A DNA stretch of 64,000 nucleotides, taken from NCBI GenBank assembly GCA_023213395.1, contig CM041465.1, positions 217,131,741 to 217,195,740 on the forward strand. The letters run 5' to 3'. The stretch's first letter is position 1. Each line of letters opens with the position of its first letter. Made by a program: the position numbers and the translations under genes. This stretch comes from Cycas panzhihuaensis (taxonomy: Eukaryota; Plantae; Cycadophyta). Under the pieces are notes generated by a model. It saw only the letters and a program-made list of their open reading frames with translations. It ran no database searches and was not told the origin of the DNA. Positions 37,836 to 50,596 of the stretch are shown piece after piece.

Positions 37836-39909
37836 TACATTGTAAATAATAAGAGGGGTTGTTAAACCTTATGTTTACATGTTAAGTATATGTACTTGAT
37901 TTTTCATGTATATTTGTACTTTATAGGGTGACTTATCACTTAACTGATAAAGTACACACCCACATTTTTTCCTAGTGACATAACATTGTGACTTAAGGGT
38001 CAAAATAACCTTTATACATTTTTGCTCATTTGAAAGCTGGAAAGGACACATGTCATACATGCAAAGAATATAGCTTGGATGTTTGACACTTGTCAAACAT
38101 CTAGCACCTTAGGTCTCTTCTGTAATTCTATATATTGAGACTACTTCTCATGTATCTCATATAGAGTGTGAGTGGTATTGTTATGCTGCCAGTTTGCTAA
38201 TCAAACTGCTATTCATTTAGATATTGGACCAATTCCATCTCCTCCATATTTTGGTATCATATTTCTCATGCTCTTTTATGTTTTGGTCTATTGTTTTACT
38301 TATTTTGAGTAGCTTTCATTATTCATGTTGATCTTTTTCATTCTAGAACTAGATTGAAACATCTTTCTAGATCTTAGTTAATGTATGCTAAATGCCATTT
38401 CTAACAAGTTTTTTAATGGATATGACCTATTTTTATTATATCTATCTTCTAAATGTTGTGTTGCTACTATCTATAAATGATGGGTCAGTGAAAAGACTAT
38501 GTTGTGAAGAAGATTATGCACTAATTTGGCAAGTTCTATTGGTAGTTTGACTGTTGGGTAGATTTGAAGCCCGTTGGAAGTATGAATGTATGTTGGTTAG
38601 CTCATTGGGTGCCTCCCAAGGGTCTAAATCTATTTTTTATAGAGGAGAAGGCATTTGTGGAATCATTCTGCATATATTTGAAGAAAGTAAAAGTAAAATC
38701 CGTGTTTTGTAGCTCATAAAAGCCAGATCAAGGTCATGCGATCGTGCATAAGCGAAAAACATGAATGGAAAAATTTTCATTGATAAAATTTATTTTTTAT
38801 GCTTTTATAAAGTTGATGAGTGATTAAATTATTTTATATAATGTTGTGAAGTTTGCTAGCCCCTTGGGATGGTCGTATGGATGATTTGAAGCAATTGCAA
38901 GTCAATAATAAAAAGGCCTTTTTTATTTTTTTGATCTTTTTTGCTTAGAAGGGTACTTGAGCTCACAAAAATGTTGATATCTCCCTCATACATTATCAAC
39001 ATTGAGTTCTATTAGATGCATTGGAATCTACATTAAGAGCCCATTTTGATGATTAGTCATACGATACATTTAGAGTTTGATTTAATGAATATGTTAATAA
39101 TTGAAGTTAAGTAAAATTCAACATATTTTACAGGTTCATTTTAGAAAAATGAAGACATATTTCATTATTTCTTGATCACTTAAGGGTTCTTGGATGCACA
39201 ATTAATCACTATGATTTCATTTTGATATGAAAAGAATAAAATAGCTTATTTCAGCTTATGAAAACCCAATTATTGTTAGAAATGAGAGAAATTCGATAAA
39301 TATTTGTTCTTTCAAGATGGAAGCCATATTTTATGTTTATGTCAATTGCTAGTTGTTGTAATTCGTATGGTGGCTATATATAGAGATATGTGTAAACCTA
39401 TGCATGTTGTTGAGAGTAGGTATAAAGAGACCAATTTTTGGAGGCTTCAATACACTGTTATAGAAGTGTTTTTAAAAGCAAGGGTGATCATGAGATTAAA
39501 GGGATCACTTAGTGGAGGCTTCAGGAGAATTTTGAAGATGTTGTTATGTTTTTCCACTCAACTCATTTGTCTATCTAGGTAGTTAGACTTGTTTTTGAAA
39601 TGGTTGATAGATGATGGCAGAATAGTGTGCCTAAAAACGTTTCTTATAAAACTGGTGGTTGCAGTGGCTAGTCATTCATGTAGTCCAGTAAATGGAGCTT
39701 TCTTTATATGAACGTAAGCTAAAATTTGGTTGATTGATCACCTCAAATATATCACTTGTACAAGTTGGAGACGTTCTCCATATGATTTAGCATATTTGAA
39801 ATAAGATGAGGTAATTGTGGTGTTTGCTTTAGTAAAAATTTTAAGACAAAGGGTGTAGTGTGTTTTGATGTGACATTAAACATTATGGCAGAGAAGTTAG
39901 ATGTAATGT

Positions 39910-42900
39910 TGTTAGAAACAAGAATAAAATAGATAAAACAAATTGTTTATGTATACAACAAGCACATAAGATAGCCAGCACACAGTACAACATATTTACA
40001 TGAAAAACCTTTCGGTAAAAATCCACCACCAAAAGATTAATAGATTACAATGATCTAGAATGATGATACATACAATGGACTTTAGAGCTTTTTATATAGA
40101 TTTTCAAAATGTACATCTGTTAATAATACATCAGCCTATATTAGCCAATATCCACATTATTAGTACTGCACATTTAACATTAGTTGGGTAAACTACCATG
40201 CTAACATCCTCTTTAATGTAAATGTAAGGTTATGAAGTCTTCACAAAGGCCAGACTATCTTTTATCTTTGTTGATACATTCCTCCTTAATGATAACTTCA
40301 TTAAGTCCTAGAATGGCATGAATCTTTATGAAGTGATCTTCAGTAAGAGCTTTAGTGAATGCCGTTACAAGTTGTTCTTCACTTGGATAAAATTCTATCT
40401 ACAACTTCTCTGACCTGATGTATTCACAAATATAATGGTACTGGATTTCTATATGCTTTGTATATGCATGAAATTCTAGATTCTTCAAAAGTTGAATAAC
40501 ACTCTGGTTATCAATATGTATAATAGGTGTACCAGAAGCTATCCCAAGATTTTCCAAAAGTCCTTGCAACCATACTACTTCCCTCACACCTACACTGAGT
40601 CCTTGGAAGATAATACAACAATTGTTTACTTTTTGGACTGCCATGATACAAATCCATTGCCAATACCAAAAATGTATTTAGTAGTTGATTTTTTATCTTC
40701 AGCATCTCCACCCCAATTTACAGCAATATACCCATGCAAATTTGTCTCTCTACCTCTAAGTTATTCAAGACCAAGATTGAGTATTCATTTAATATACTTT
40801 AGAATCCTTTCCACATCCACCCCATGTGGTTCTTATGGATTTTGCATGTATTGAGATACCAATCCAACATCATAAGTAATATTAGGCCTAGTATGAGTTA
40901 AGTAAATCAAACTCCCTACCAATAGTTGATATAAGGTCCCATCTACAACAAGTTTATTTATATCTTTTAGGAGCTTTGTGCCTTTTGCACACAGTGTCTT
41001 CGCTGGTTTGCAATCCTTCATTTTAAACCTCTCAAGCAAGTTCTCTACATGCCTTGACTATGACATTATGATTTGCTTATCCATTTGCTTGATCTCGATG
41101 CCTAATAAGTAATAAAGTGGCTCGAGATCTAGCATATTGAAAGTGTGTCTTAAGTAGGACATTGTAATTGCAATAGTCCTATTATAGTTGCTTGCAACAA
41201 GGTCATCCACATACAACACAATAGAAACTATTATAGATCCATTCCTTCGAATATATAGGCTCAACTCCAATTTTGTTGTCACAAAACCATTTTTCTTTAA
41301 TTTGGCATCTATCTTGGCATATCAAGCACGTGGTGTTTGTTTTAGGCTATAGAGTGATTTCTTTAAGCGACACACTAAATGCTCTTGTTCTTCCTTAATG
41401 AAACTAAGAGGTTGAGCCATATATATCTCATCTTTGAAGATTTCATTAAGGAAAGTTGAATTCACGTCCATTTGGTGTAACTCCCAACCTATGTAGCTAT
41501 TAAAGCAAGGATCAATCAGACCATTGTCATCTTGGAGACTAGTGCAAATATTTCCTCACAATTGATTCCTTCTTTCTATTTAAACTTTTGCATAACAAGT
41601 CTAGCCTTATGTTTATCTACCTCTCTATTGGAGAAAAATTTCATCTTATAGACCCTACTTGTAACTGACCAAGTTCTTAGATGAAGGTAAGGGAAACAAA
41701 TCTCATGTGTCATTCTTCATGATCGAACTATACTCCTCCTCCATTGTAGCTCTCCATCGTGGATCTCCTTTCATTTCTTTATACGAAATAAGATCACTAG
41801 AGTCGTTGGTATTCACCACTAAAGTCTGATTAGCATGTTGACTTCTTCTTCATCGTTTATATGTAAGATCTTCCATCATTACATCAGATTCCTTAATTAT
41901 CCTCCTAGTCCATAATGGAACACATGGTATTGTATGTGCCTCTTCTTATGATGGCTCCTCATTATTCTATCATTTGGTCCAACTTCTATTTCTGTTACAA
42001 CGCTTGGCTTGTTGTCCTATACACCTATTGAAACATAACTTGGAAATAGAAGATAAATGATATCCTCAGATAACTTCTTAGCATAATACATCATCGAATC
42101 ATTGAACTTAACATCCCAACTTATCAAAAGTTTCCTTCCTTGTGGATCCCAAAGTCTATAAACTTTATACTCTTCTAAGCACCCCATAAAGGTATATTTC
42201 AAATTATTATAATCTAACTTCTTTCAATGTGTGTCCGGGATGTGTGCATATACAATGCACCCAAATACTCTAAAATAATTAATGTTTTTGACTTGTTCAA
42301 CTTTCCTTGGGGGTAATGACATAAGCCACTTTTATCAGTATACTATTAAGAATATAAATAATTGTCACAACTACTTCTGCCTAAAATATTGGCAGTTGGT
42401 TCTTCGCATTCACTATGCACCTCACCATCTCTATTATGGTACGGTTCTTTCTTTTTATAACACCATTTTGTTGTGGGGTATACGGGATGGTTAGTTCTCA
42501 TTTTATACTATGATTGAGGTATAATTCATTAAAAGCATTATTATCATACTCCTTTCCATTGCCACTTCTTAAATTTTTTATTTTCTTATCATTCTCATTC
42601 TTGATTAGAACTTTCTATTTGCGAAAGCAATCAAACAATTCAAACTTGTTTTTTAGGAAGAAGATCTAGGCTTTCTTGATATAATCATTTACAAACATAA
42701 GAGTTAAATGGGCATTAGATATAGAAGGATTTGATAGTAGTCCTATCAAATTGGTATGCACGGGTTCCAACTTCTCCTTAGCTCTCTAGGCATAATCCCT
42801 GGTAAAAGGATAATGATGGTGCTTCCTATACATACATCCTTCACAAATGCCTTCTGAACATGGAACTTGTGGTAGACCTACCACCATCTTCAACCTATTC

Positions 42901-45795
42901 ATAAGGCTAATACTCTTGTAGTTAAGATGTCCAAGGCACTCATGCCACAACTTACTCAAATCATCAACACTAACAACAAAATCGTAGGATTCATTTTAGG
43001 TTCTAAATTTCTCAAACACCCAAAGGTTATCTTGAAAATTTCCACTAGAAATGATATAGAAGTTCTTTTTAGGATCTTTAACTATGCATCTATTTTTATA
43101 AAGCTCAATTTTCATACCTTGTTTGTAGATTTTATGGGTAAAAAGAAGGTTGATCTTCATCTTGGGCACATAATAAATCCCATTGAATTTATGGCCTACA
43201 AGTAAAATAGAGCCAACACCTTCCACAGGAAATATGCTAGCATCTCCAAGAAAGACATTAGCATCACTCAAACTAGCATCCAAGGCATTAAAGCTTTGCT
43301 TCTGATAAGTAATGTGCTTCTGCGCTCTAGAGTAAAAAATCTAATAGTCTTTTTGATTTGACTCAGCTGACAATGTTGACACCCTAATGCAATGCATTGT
43401 TACACTCTTCCCCTTGTCATCTTAGCAAGCCTCACACTTGTTCCACTTCTTGAACCAACAATTCTTTTCTTTGTGACCCTATTTCTTATAGTACTTACAT
43501 TTAACAATAAACTACTTATTCTCCTGAGATGTCTCTCCTATTTTTTATGTGGACTTATCCATTTGGACAACATCTTTGCTATGTATCTTCATGACCAAGG
43601 CTTGATTTGATTTTGAATTAGCAAGTATTTCATGATACTTCAACTTGGCATCCTTAGTTAAGATCAGGTTCTTAAGAGACTTAAACAATTCACCTTTCAT
43701 AACTTTGTCTCCTGTATAGATAGTTTGGAAGGTTCCAAATGTAGATGGTAATTTTGACATAATGATTGTAAAAAATAGTGCATCATCTATTGAGTTTGGC
43801 TTCAATTCTTCGAATCTGTTCTTTAAATCAATGCTTTTATTTAGGTATGCACTTATGTTGCTCTCATCCTCTACTGTCGAATTCAACAACTCCATTATCT
43901 GGGCAACACAACAACTTATCTTCTTTTTTCTTAAATGTTTTACATAGCTTCATCCAGATCTCATGAGGTGTTTCTAAGTTGTGGACTAAAGCTCACCGGT
44001 CTAGAGCCAAAGACAACTTGAGTAATTCCATAGCTATGAACTGTTTCTCCTTTGCATGAATACGTTCTTTCTCATCCAAAGGAACAACCAACAATGTAGA
44101 TTTGATAATGCCCTAAAGTTGGTTTGCCATTAGAACCAATTCCTTGTTTGCTTTCCATTTACTGAAGTTGTTCCTATTAAGAATGAAATGGGGAACCAAC
44201 TTGTCCATGGAGAAAAATGAGCAAACATTGGGTCTCTATACCAACCTTACAGAGGCAATCTTCATTCAAATAGATCTCAACATAGTATTTAGTTACACAC
44301 AGGCAGTCTGTTCCAAAACACAAAATTTAATGGCTTATTAAGGCAGTGAAAAGCTCACTCACGTACCTTCAGATGACTCAACAAAAAAAGGCCAACACTA
44401 AACACTAAACAACTTTGAATTTAATATGCAAAACATTGTTATATTTAGATGAATCTCTCAAGACTTAACATGCCAACACTATAATAAGAAAATATCTGAT
44501 GCAACGGTCAATCATGTAGCTAGAGGGAACCAACCATTACGTGCTAAAATCATCACACTCATATGTCTCAAATGAAGAGAATAAAATTGAAATGCCACAC
44601 ACATATGCGCCTCATTCATACTCATTCATGCCTCATACATCAATATACCTTTGAAGGTGGTCATGCATGATGTCCGAGGTAAAGTGTGACTCTCAACTTG
44701 CGTGTGGGAAATGTGGCTGAGGTGATTCAATCTACGTGTGGTGATACGTCCATGGTGTATGTGATTATCACAATTGAAGGCTGGAAACTTCACTACTGCA
44801 AGCGACACTCTGTTAACGACTAACCTACATAACATTGTCTTGACCTCAATTGATATCTAGACAGGTAATTGCATCAATGCAATTTCAACAACTGTTGAAT
44901 CAACAGAAAACATACCCAATCTATGTGTTAATCGTGAGAGATAACTGCCACTAATCCCACATCTACAACTTTGTCCTTGACTAGTAAGTATTTTGCATGT
45001 GTGTTTGGTAAATATTTGATGTCTCCGTCTTCATTTCCGCATCTCCCAGCTCAACCGATGACTTGACCTCTCACGTCTATGATGACTTCAATCTTTATCT
45101 AGCGCCTTTAATTTTATGATCAAATGGCTCCTTCATGTACGACTGTTGGCTCAATAGGAGGGTGACATAATCTCAACCAGAAAACATGATCTACACCCAC
45201 ATTTAGTGATCCGAACTCAGCTGGCTACATAATTATTAATGTTTGGCAATTGACGTCTGGTAGCATAATATTTAGCTTGCAATTAAATTTCAATAGAAGA
45301 ATAACCTGCATGCATGTAACCTTTTGTCACCTCTCTCCTTGTTCAATAAACAACTATTACTATGTTATGACCACTCTTATTATTATTGGAGAATATCGGT
45401 CTTCATTGAAGGGTTATGCTAGCATTACCTGACAATTCATGACCTTATCACTCTACCAAATATAAGATTTCGCTGCATACAACTGTCTGCTTTGATACCA
45501 TGCTAGAAACAAGAATAAAATAGATAAAATACATTGTTTATGTACATAACAAGCACATAAAATAGCAAGCACATAATATGACATTTACGTGGAAAACCTT
45601 TCAGTAAAAATATACCACCAACAGATCAATAAATTATATTGATATAGAATAATGATACATACAATGGACTCTGAATCTCTTTATGTAGATCCTCAATGTA
45701 TACATCTGTTAATAATATGTTGACCTATATTGGCCAATATCCATATTATTCACACCACACATTTAATATTAGTCGGGCAAACTACCACGCTAACA
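39910..45795 (-). mobile_element. Element G: Ty1/copia retrotransposon related to D, inserted in the 3' LTR of E
   Basis: LTRs at 39910-40206 and 45501-45795 (~296 bp). PBS gctttgatacca at 45489-45500. PPT tcctcttt. Perfect TSD aatgt/aatgt. Confidence 0.95.
40290..44208 (-). pseudogene. gag-pol: Element G gag-pol, pseudogenised
   Basis: MDKLVPHFILNRNNFSKWK (gag); YRLWDP..ISWDVKF (INT tail); VLYVDDL and LVGSLIYLTHTRPNI (RT); IDNQS..FHAYTKHIEIQYHYI (RNase H). Confidence 0.93.
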
Positions 45796-46762
45796 AATGT
45801 TTAATATTATATTATGTCATTAAGGTGTGTGCATGTGCATACATTAATGTATCATCCTAGTGGTGAACATAAGGCTTCTTATATTTAATTGAACAATCAT
45901 GAGGTGACTATGTACTGTAAGTATGCATTCATTCTTAATACAATAATTGGACATGATTATTTCCCATCAATTTTATTATTTTATATATTTATACATACTT
46001 CATTATCTGATTCATTTATTGTTTACATCTTTAATTATCTTATGCTATTTTCACATAATATTATAATGCTAAATTCTACCTGGTATCAAATTCTTCTTTA
46101 CTTGTTATATTTTTTTCTACAAAAAATTCACCAGCCACGAGTAGTGACCATGTATAGTGGTTTGACTTTAAACACAGTTCATACATAGTTGTTCAACACT
46201 GAAAATCGAACCAACAAAGAAAAGGTGTATATCATAGATTGCATCTTGCACCATTGTCTATAAGCAAAAAATACCCAAAAATTGGAACCAATTTAGCTTG
46301 TGTGAGGTGCTAACACTTTTTTTGCTGTCTAGGCACTTGATTTGATGCCCAATGATGCCAAACAATATTCAAATAGAGCCCAATGCATTCTAAATAAGTC
46401 CAACATAACACTACACTATTAAATCACCTTTAAATGAAGCCTAATAGGCATATGAAGTGCCCAAATGTGCTTAACTAGCTTTAGATGGCTTCAACATGAG
46501 CCCAACATGGTCTGAATAGTGTCTAATATTGATTTTTGACCTCAAATTGTGTTAACTTTTCATTGACAAGTGAGTTCCACCTCTTTAATCACCATATTTG
46601 TCTCTCTTTTGAGTTGTCAGAGAAGATTGAAATTGGTAGAAACAAGGTTCTGCTAATGTTACCAGGCAAATTTCAATCTTGTCACCTCCACCCAATTGTA
46701 GCTTTAGTTATGGTAAGCTCTAATACCATATGAAGAAACATTCATATATGTTTTCTTATCTA

Positions 46763-49594
46763 TGTTAGAGATAATGTTTAATTAGTTAATGTTAATGTTA
46801 AGGAGTCCCCCTTAACTCTTTCATAATATTATTAAATTAGGATAATTAAGCTGTGTGCAAGGTGGTGTATACCTATTCATATAAAATTTCCATTGGTGAA
46901 CATAAGGGATTTTACATATGATTAGACAAGTATGAGGTGGCTATGTATTATAAATATGTATTAATACCTAATGCAATATTTAGAGATGATCATTTCCCAC
47001 AAGATTTATTGTCTTATATGTATGTACATAGTTTATTTTTTAGTTTGTTTATTTATTGTTTACATCTATTATCACCTCTTACATACATGCTTTATCATAT
47101 ATTCATATGTTTAATAGATTTATTCTATTATATTTCAACATGATATCAAAGTAGGATAGCATGATCAATCCCTTGTAGTAGATTAAAGTAGTGAGATTAA
47201 AGAGCCAAAGTTCACCTGCGTGGAGATTGCATGGATGTTGATAAGTAATCATGAATGGTAGAGGGATCTGCTAAGAAAAATCACTAAAGTAGAGCCGCCC
47301 ACACCATGATTGAATGAAACCCTAAAAGGGAAAAGGAGCACGAGCAGTCAAAATCTTGCGTAGTTAGATCTGTCTATAATTATGTATGAAGAGAGGTACC
47401 TCTTAGGATCTAAGAGAGGCATAACCATTGATGAAAGGGTGTATCTTTAAATGCAGCTATGAGGACCAGTCATTGAAAGAGAAAAATTATCATGGAGAAG
47501 AGATTGTTGCTCAGCATGGAGAATGCCTTAATGGGATGAAGAACAAATGTTTATGAGTCATGCTTGTTAAAGAAACTATCAAATTTGTGAGGAGCTAAAT
47601 GAATACAAAGGTGTCTACATGGATGAAACACCTGAGTTCATGGAGTTTCACCCATTGAAAATGAAGACACAATGGAAGGGAGGAGGAATAACTACCATTG
47701 AAACCTCCCTGCATGAGTTGCCATATAGATAAAAATCTACAGAGATGAAGTTGGTATAAAGAGATTTCTCGTTGGATCACTATATGGCAAAGGGAAAGTC
47801 AATCGCAAATGATATTGTCCTTGCCATGGTGGAGAACAAAGAACTCCAAACAGAAGGAAAAACTGCCACAAAGTAAAGAGCACGCTATGTTGATTCGATT
47901 GCAGCTCAATTGTGGAAATCTGGCTGTTGCACCATGGACAACACTTGGAGCTCTATCTGTTATATAGAATGAGTTGTGCTATTTATCTGGTTGCTATGGA
48001 GAGTCCTACAATGAAGAAGAAATGGCTGGGATATGGCATGCCCAAATGTGCATCATGGAAAAATGCAGATACATGGAGGATCTAATAAAATACATTCATC
48101 TTTTAAGCAATTCGATCAGTTTTCTTGATCGATTTCATTCATGCATAATTGACATATATGTATGGAGAAGGAGGGATTTTGACATCACAATGAAAGAATT
48201 TACAAATGTTATATCAAATTTAATTGGATTGAATATTGATTTGAAGTCCATAAGCCCCCAATAGGTTGAGTCATGGTCATATGGAGACTAGTGTATGATC
48301 TAGAACTATTCATAAAAGGGGTTTATTTTTATTTTTGCTCAATTTTACTTTTGTGATTATATATTGGCACTGTTTCTTCGATATCTCTTCCTTGGAATGT
48401 CTGATATGAGTGTCGTCAGGTGTGTTGGCTTTGTTATTTTATCACAATCGACATGAGTTATGATATGATGTCTTTTGAGTTTGATGTCAAGCAAATTTTA
48501 ATCAAGGAAAGTAAGTTGAATATATTTCTAAGGCTCTAAAGAACCCTTATTTGTTAAAGATGCTTGATGAGAGAGTTATATTTTTAGCTTTTATGAAAAC
48601 ACATCCTATGTTGCTGGTATTTGTATGGTGGTTATATGTGAGTTTTAAAGCATACAAGTAAGTTTCATGAAATCTTGAAGAGCTCAGAGTCTGAGACTTC
48701 AAACATACTTGTCTATTAATTAATAGATAGATAGTGAACCTTGTAATCCCAAGATTAGGTGGCTATATATTGAGAGTGTTCTTGATAGAGGATCGATTCA
48801 TTTAATGAAGGCTTTAAGATGAAGAAGAAGCTATTATTAAATCCCATTTAGCAAGAGGTGGGATCTACTTACTATTCTTACTTTCAACTTATTTGATTGG
48901 ATAGGTAGTTTACCCTATTCTCAGAATAGTTGACTTGGTGTTGATAGAACCATGTACCTGAAGGAGTTTCTTAGAGAGTATATAGTTACAGTGGTTGGTT
49001 ACTTATGTAGTTTGGTAGATGGAGCTTTCTTCATATGAATGTCAGTAAGAATTGGTTGCCCTACAACTTCTAAACAACTTATATAAGACAGAGATGGATG
49101 TTGGAGAAGGCAGATGGTGCCTATTTTAATTGGAGAAGACATATGGTTCTTGCTTTAGTGAAAGAGTGTTTATGATGTCACGAAGTGTTGATGTGGTAGT
49201 TGAGTTATATAACTAAATATTATGGGGGGGTGTTAGAGATAATGTTTAATTAGTGAATGTTAATGTTAAGGAGCCCCCCCTTAACTCTCTCATAGGATTA
49301 TTAAATTAGAATAATTAAGTTGTGTGCAAGGTGGTGCATACCTATTCATATAAATATTCCATTCATGGACATAAGGGTTTTTACATGTGATTGGATAAGT
49401 ATGAGATAACTATGTACTATAGGTATGTATTCATACCTAATGCAATAATTACAGATGATCATTTCCCACAAGTTATAGTCTTATGTATATGTATATACTT
49501 CATTCTTTAATTTTTTTCATTTACTATTTACATTAATTTTCGCCTCTTGCATATGTGCTTTATTCCAATAGATCTACTCTGTTATGTTTTAACA
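46763..49594 (+). mobile_element. Element I: non-autonomous LTR element related to A/E (~2.8 kb), inserted in the 5' LTR of D
   Basis: LTRs at 46763-47140 and 49231-49594. Degenerate PBS tgatatcaaag at 47141. PPT atggggggg. Perfect TSD atcta/atcta. Confidence 0.92.
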
Positions 49595-49827
49595 ATCTAT
49601 ATAATCTTTATCATACATAACAAGCACATCATTGAAGTAAAAATTTACATAGTACACAAGATTTTATATAGAAAAGTTTTTTGGTAAAAAATTCACCACA
49701 AAAGATCAATACTGATGATACTTAGATGATATTACAATGGATTTGAGGATTATTTATAATCCCTTAAATGGTACGTTCAACCCATTAGTTGTAATCCTTT
49801 GAAATATTTGTATCATTTGGATTAATA

Positions 49828-50218
49828 CTAGTGCTGTTATTAACGATGCGTAGTGATAAGTATGGTAGCCAAAAGACGTTGGGTGAAAAACTGAAAACGT
49901 TGGATAGAATCCATAGGAGCGTCTGGGGAAACTAAGGCCGCTGTATGCAAACACGATCCATCAATTGCTATAACTCTTGGCACCCAGGCCATGTCTTATG
50001 TCTTTAACCAATGTTTGTATGTGGTTATACTCCAGCGAAGATGCCTACAAATTCACAACATTTGACATTCACGTTCTTTTTTCCTCTTTCTTTTCTTTTC
50101 TTTTCTTTCTTTTTTCTTTTTATTTTTTAATAATAAATTAAGGGGAGTAAATTTCGCCCCTGAGTGGAGACCCCTCGCCTCCCTCACCAAAGTGATTTGA
50201 GGGCGCCTATCAGCACAA
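49828..50218 (-). mobile_element. Mini-Helitron-like element, copy 2 (391 bp), inserted in the 5' LTR of D
   Basis: The 5' ~95 bp is clearly homologous to copy 1 (reverse strand). The 3' end is gcactag after an imperfect hairpin. A^T insertion with no TSD; removal gives ggattaatattaactaaccac versus ggattactattaactaatcac in the intact D LTR. Confidence 0.82.
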
Positions 50219-50276
50219 TTAACTAACCACATTTAATATTAAACATGTGGCTTAGTATTAACTACCACGTTAAAAA

Positions 50277-50530
50277 CGTTGAACACTAAAAATGAATAAG
50301 GAGAGTTTTCTCTTGGGCCAAAGAAGGGAAAACAATTTAACATTAAGAAAAATTTTCTTAGCAAAAGAAGAAAATGCTTTTCAAAGGCTAATATAAGAAT
50401 GATTTTAAGAATAAGAACTTTTTAAAGGAATCCTTTCATTCCTAATCATTGTTACTCTAAGGAAAATAGATGCTTTATTTGTGTTCAAATTGGCCATCTT
50501 ATTGCATAATGTCCCAATATAACTGGAGAG
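50277..50530 (+). pseudogene. gag: Old gypsy gag remnant, second part (CCHC zinc knuckle)
   Basis: ENRCFICVQIGHLIA*CP, with the knuckle at 50471-50515, lies just beyond the outer end of element D, where the nucleocapsid is expected to follow the gag domain. Confidence 0.7.
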
Positions 50531-50596
50531 GCCAACAAAAATATGGACAAGAAATTAAAAAGGTTCCAATGTAGAGTGACATTGGTAATATATAGG

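Larger units (their letters stand above)
25562..38406 (+). mobile_element. Element F: Ty1/copia retrotransposon with long 5' leader; hosts H
   Basis: LTRs at 25562-26108 and 37860-38406 (~547 bp). PBS tggtatcagagc at 26111-26122. PPT aagagggg. Perfect TSD agttt/agttt. Confidence 0.95.
24943..46121 (+). mobile_element. Element E: non-autonomous LTR element related to A, inserted in the D 5' leader; hosts F (with H) and G
   Basis: 5' LTR 24943-25328. 3' LTR 39895-39909 plus 45801-46121 (split by G). TSD aaaaa/aaaaa. Internal sequence 25329-25561 plus 38412-39894 shares blocks with the A internal region. Confidence 0.85.
19850..50276 (-). mobile_element. Element D: Ty1/copia retrotransposon expanded to ~30 kb by nested insertions E (with F, H, G), I and mini-Helitron 2
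   Basis: 3' LTR 19850-20174 with PPT tccctcctt. The 5' LTR is split into 46731-46762, 49600-49827 and 50219-50276. PBS gctctaatacca at 46717-46728. Imperfect TSD ctttg/cgttg. Confidence 0.88.
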
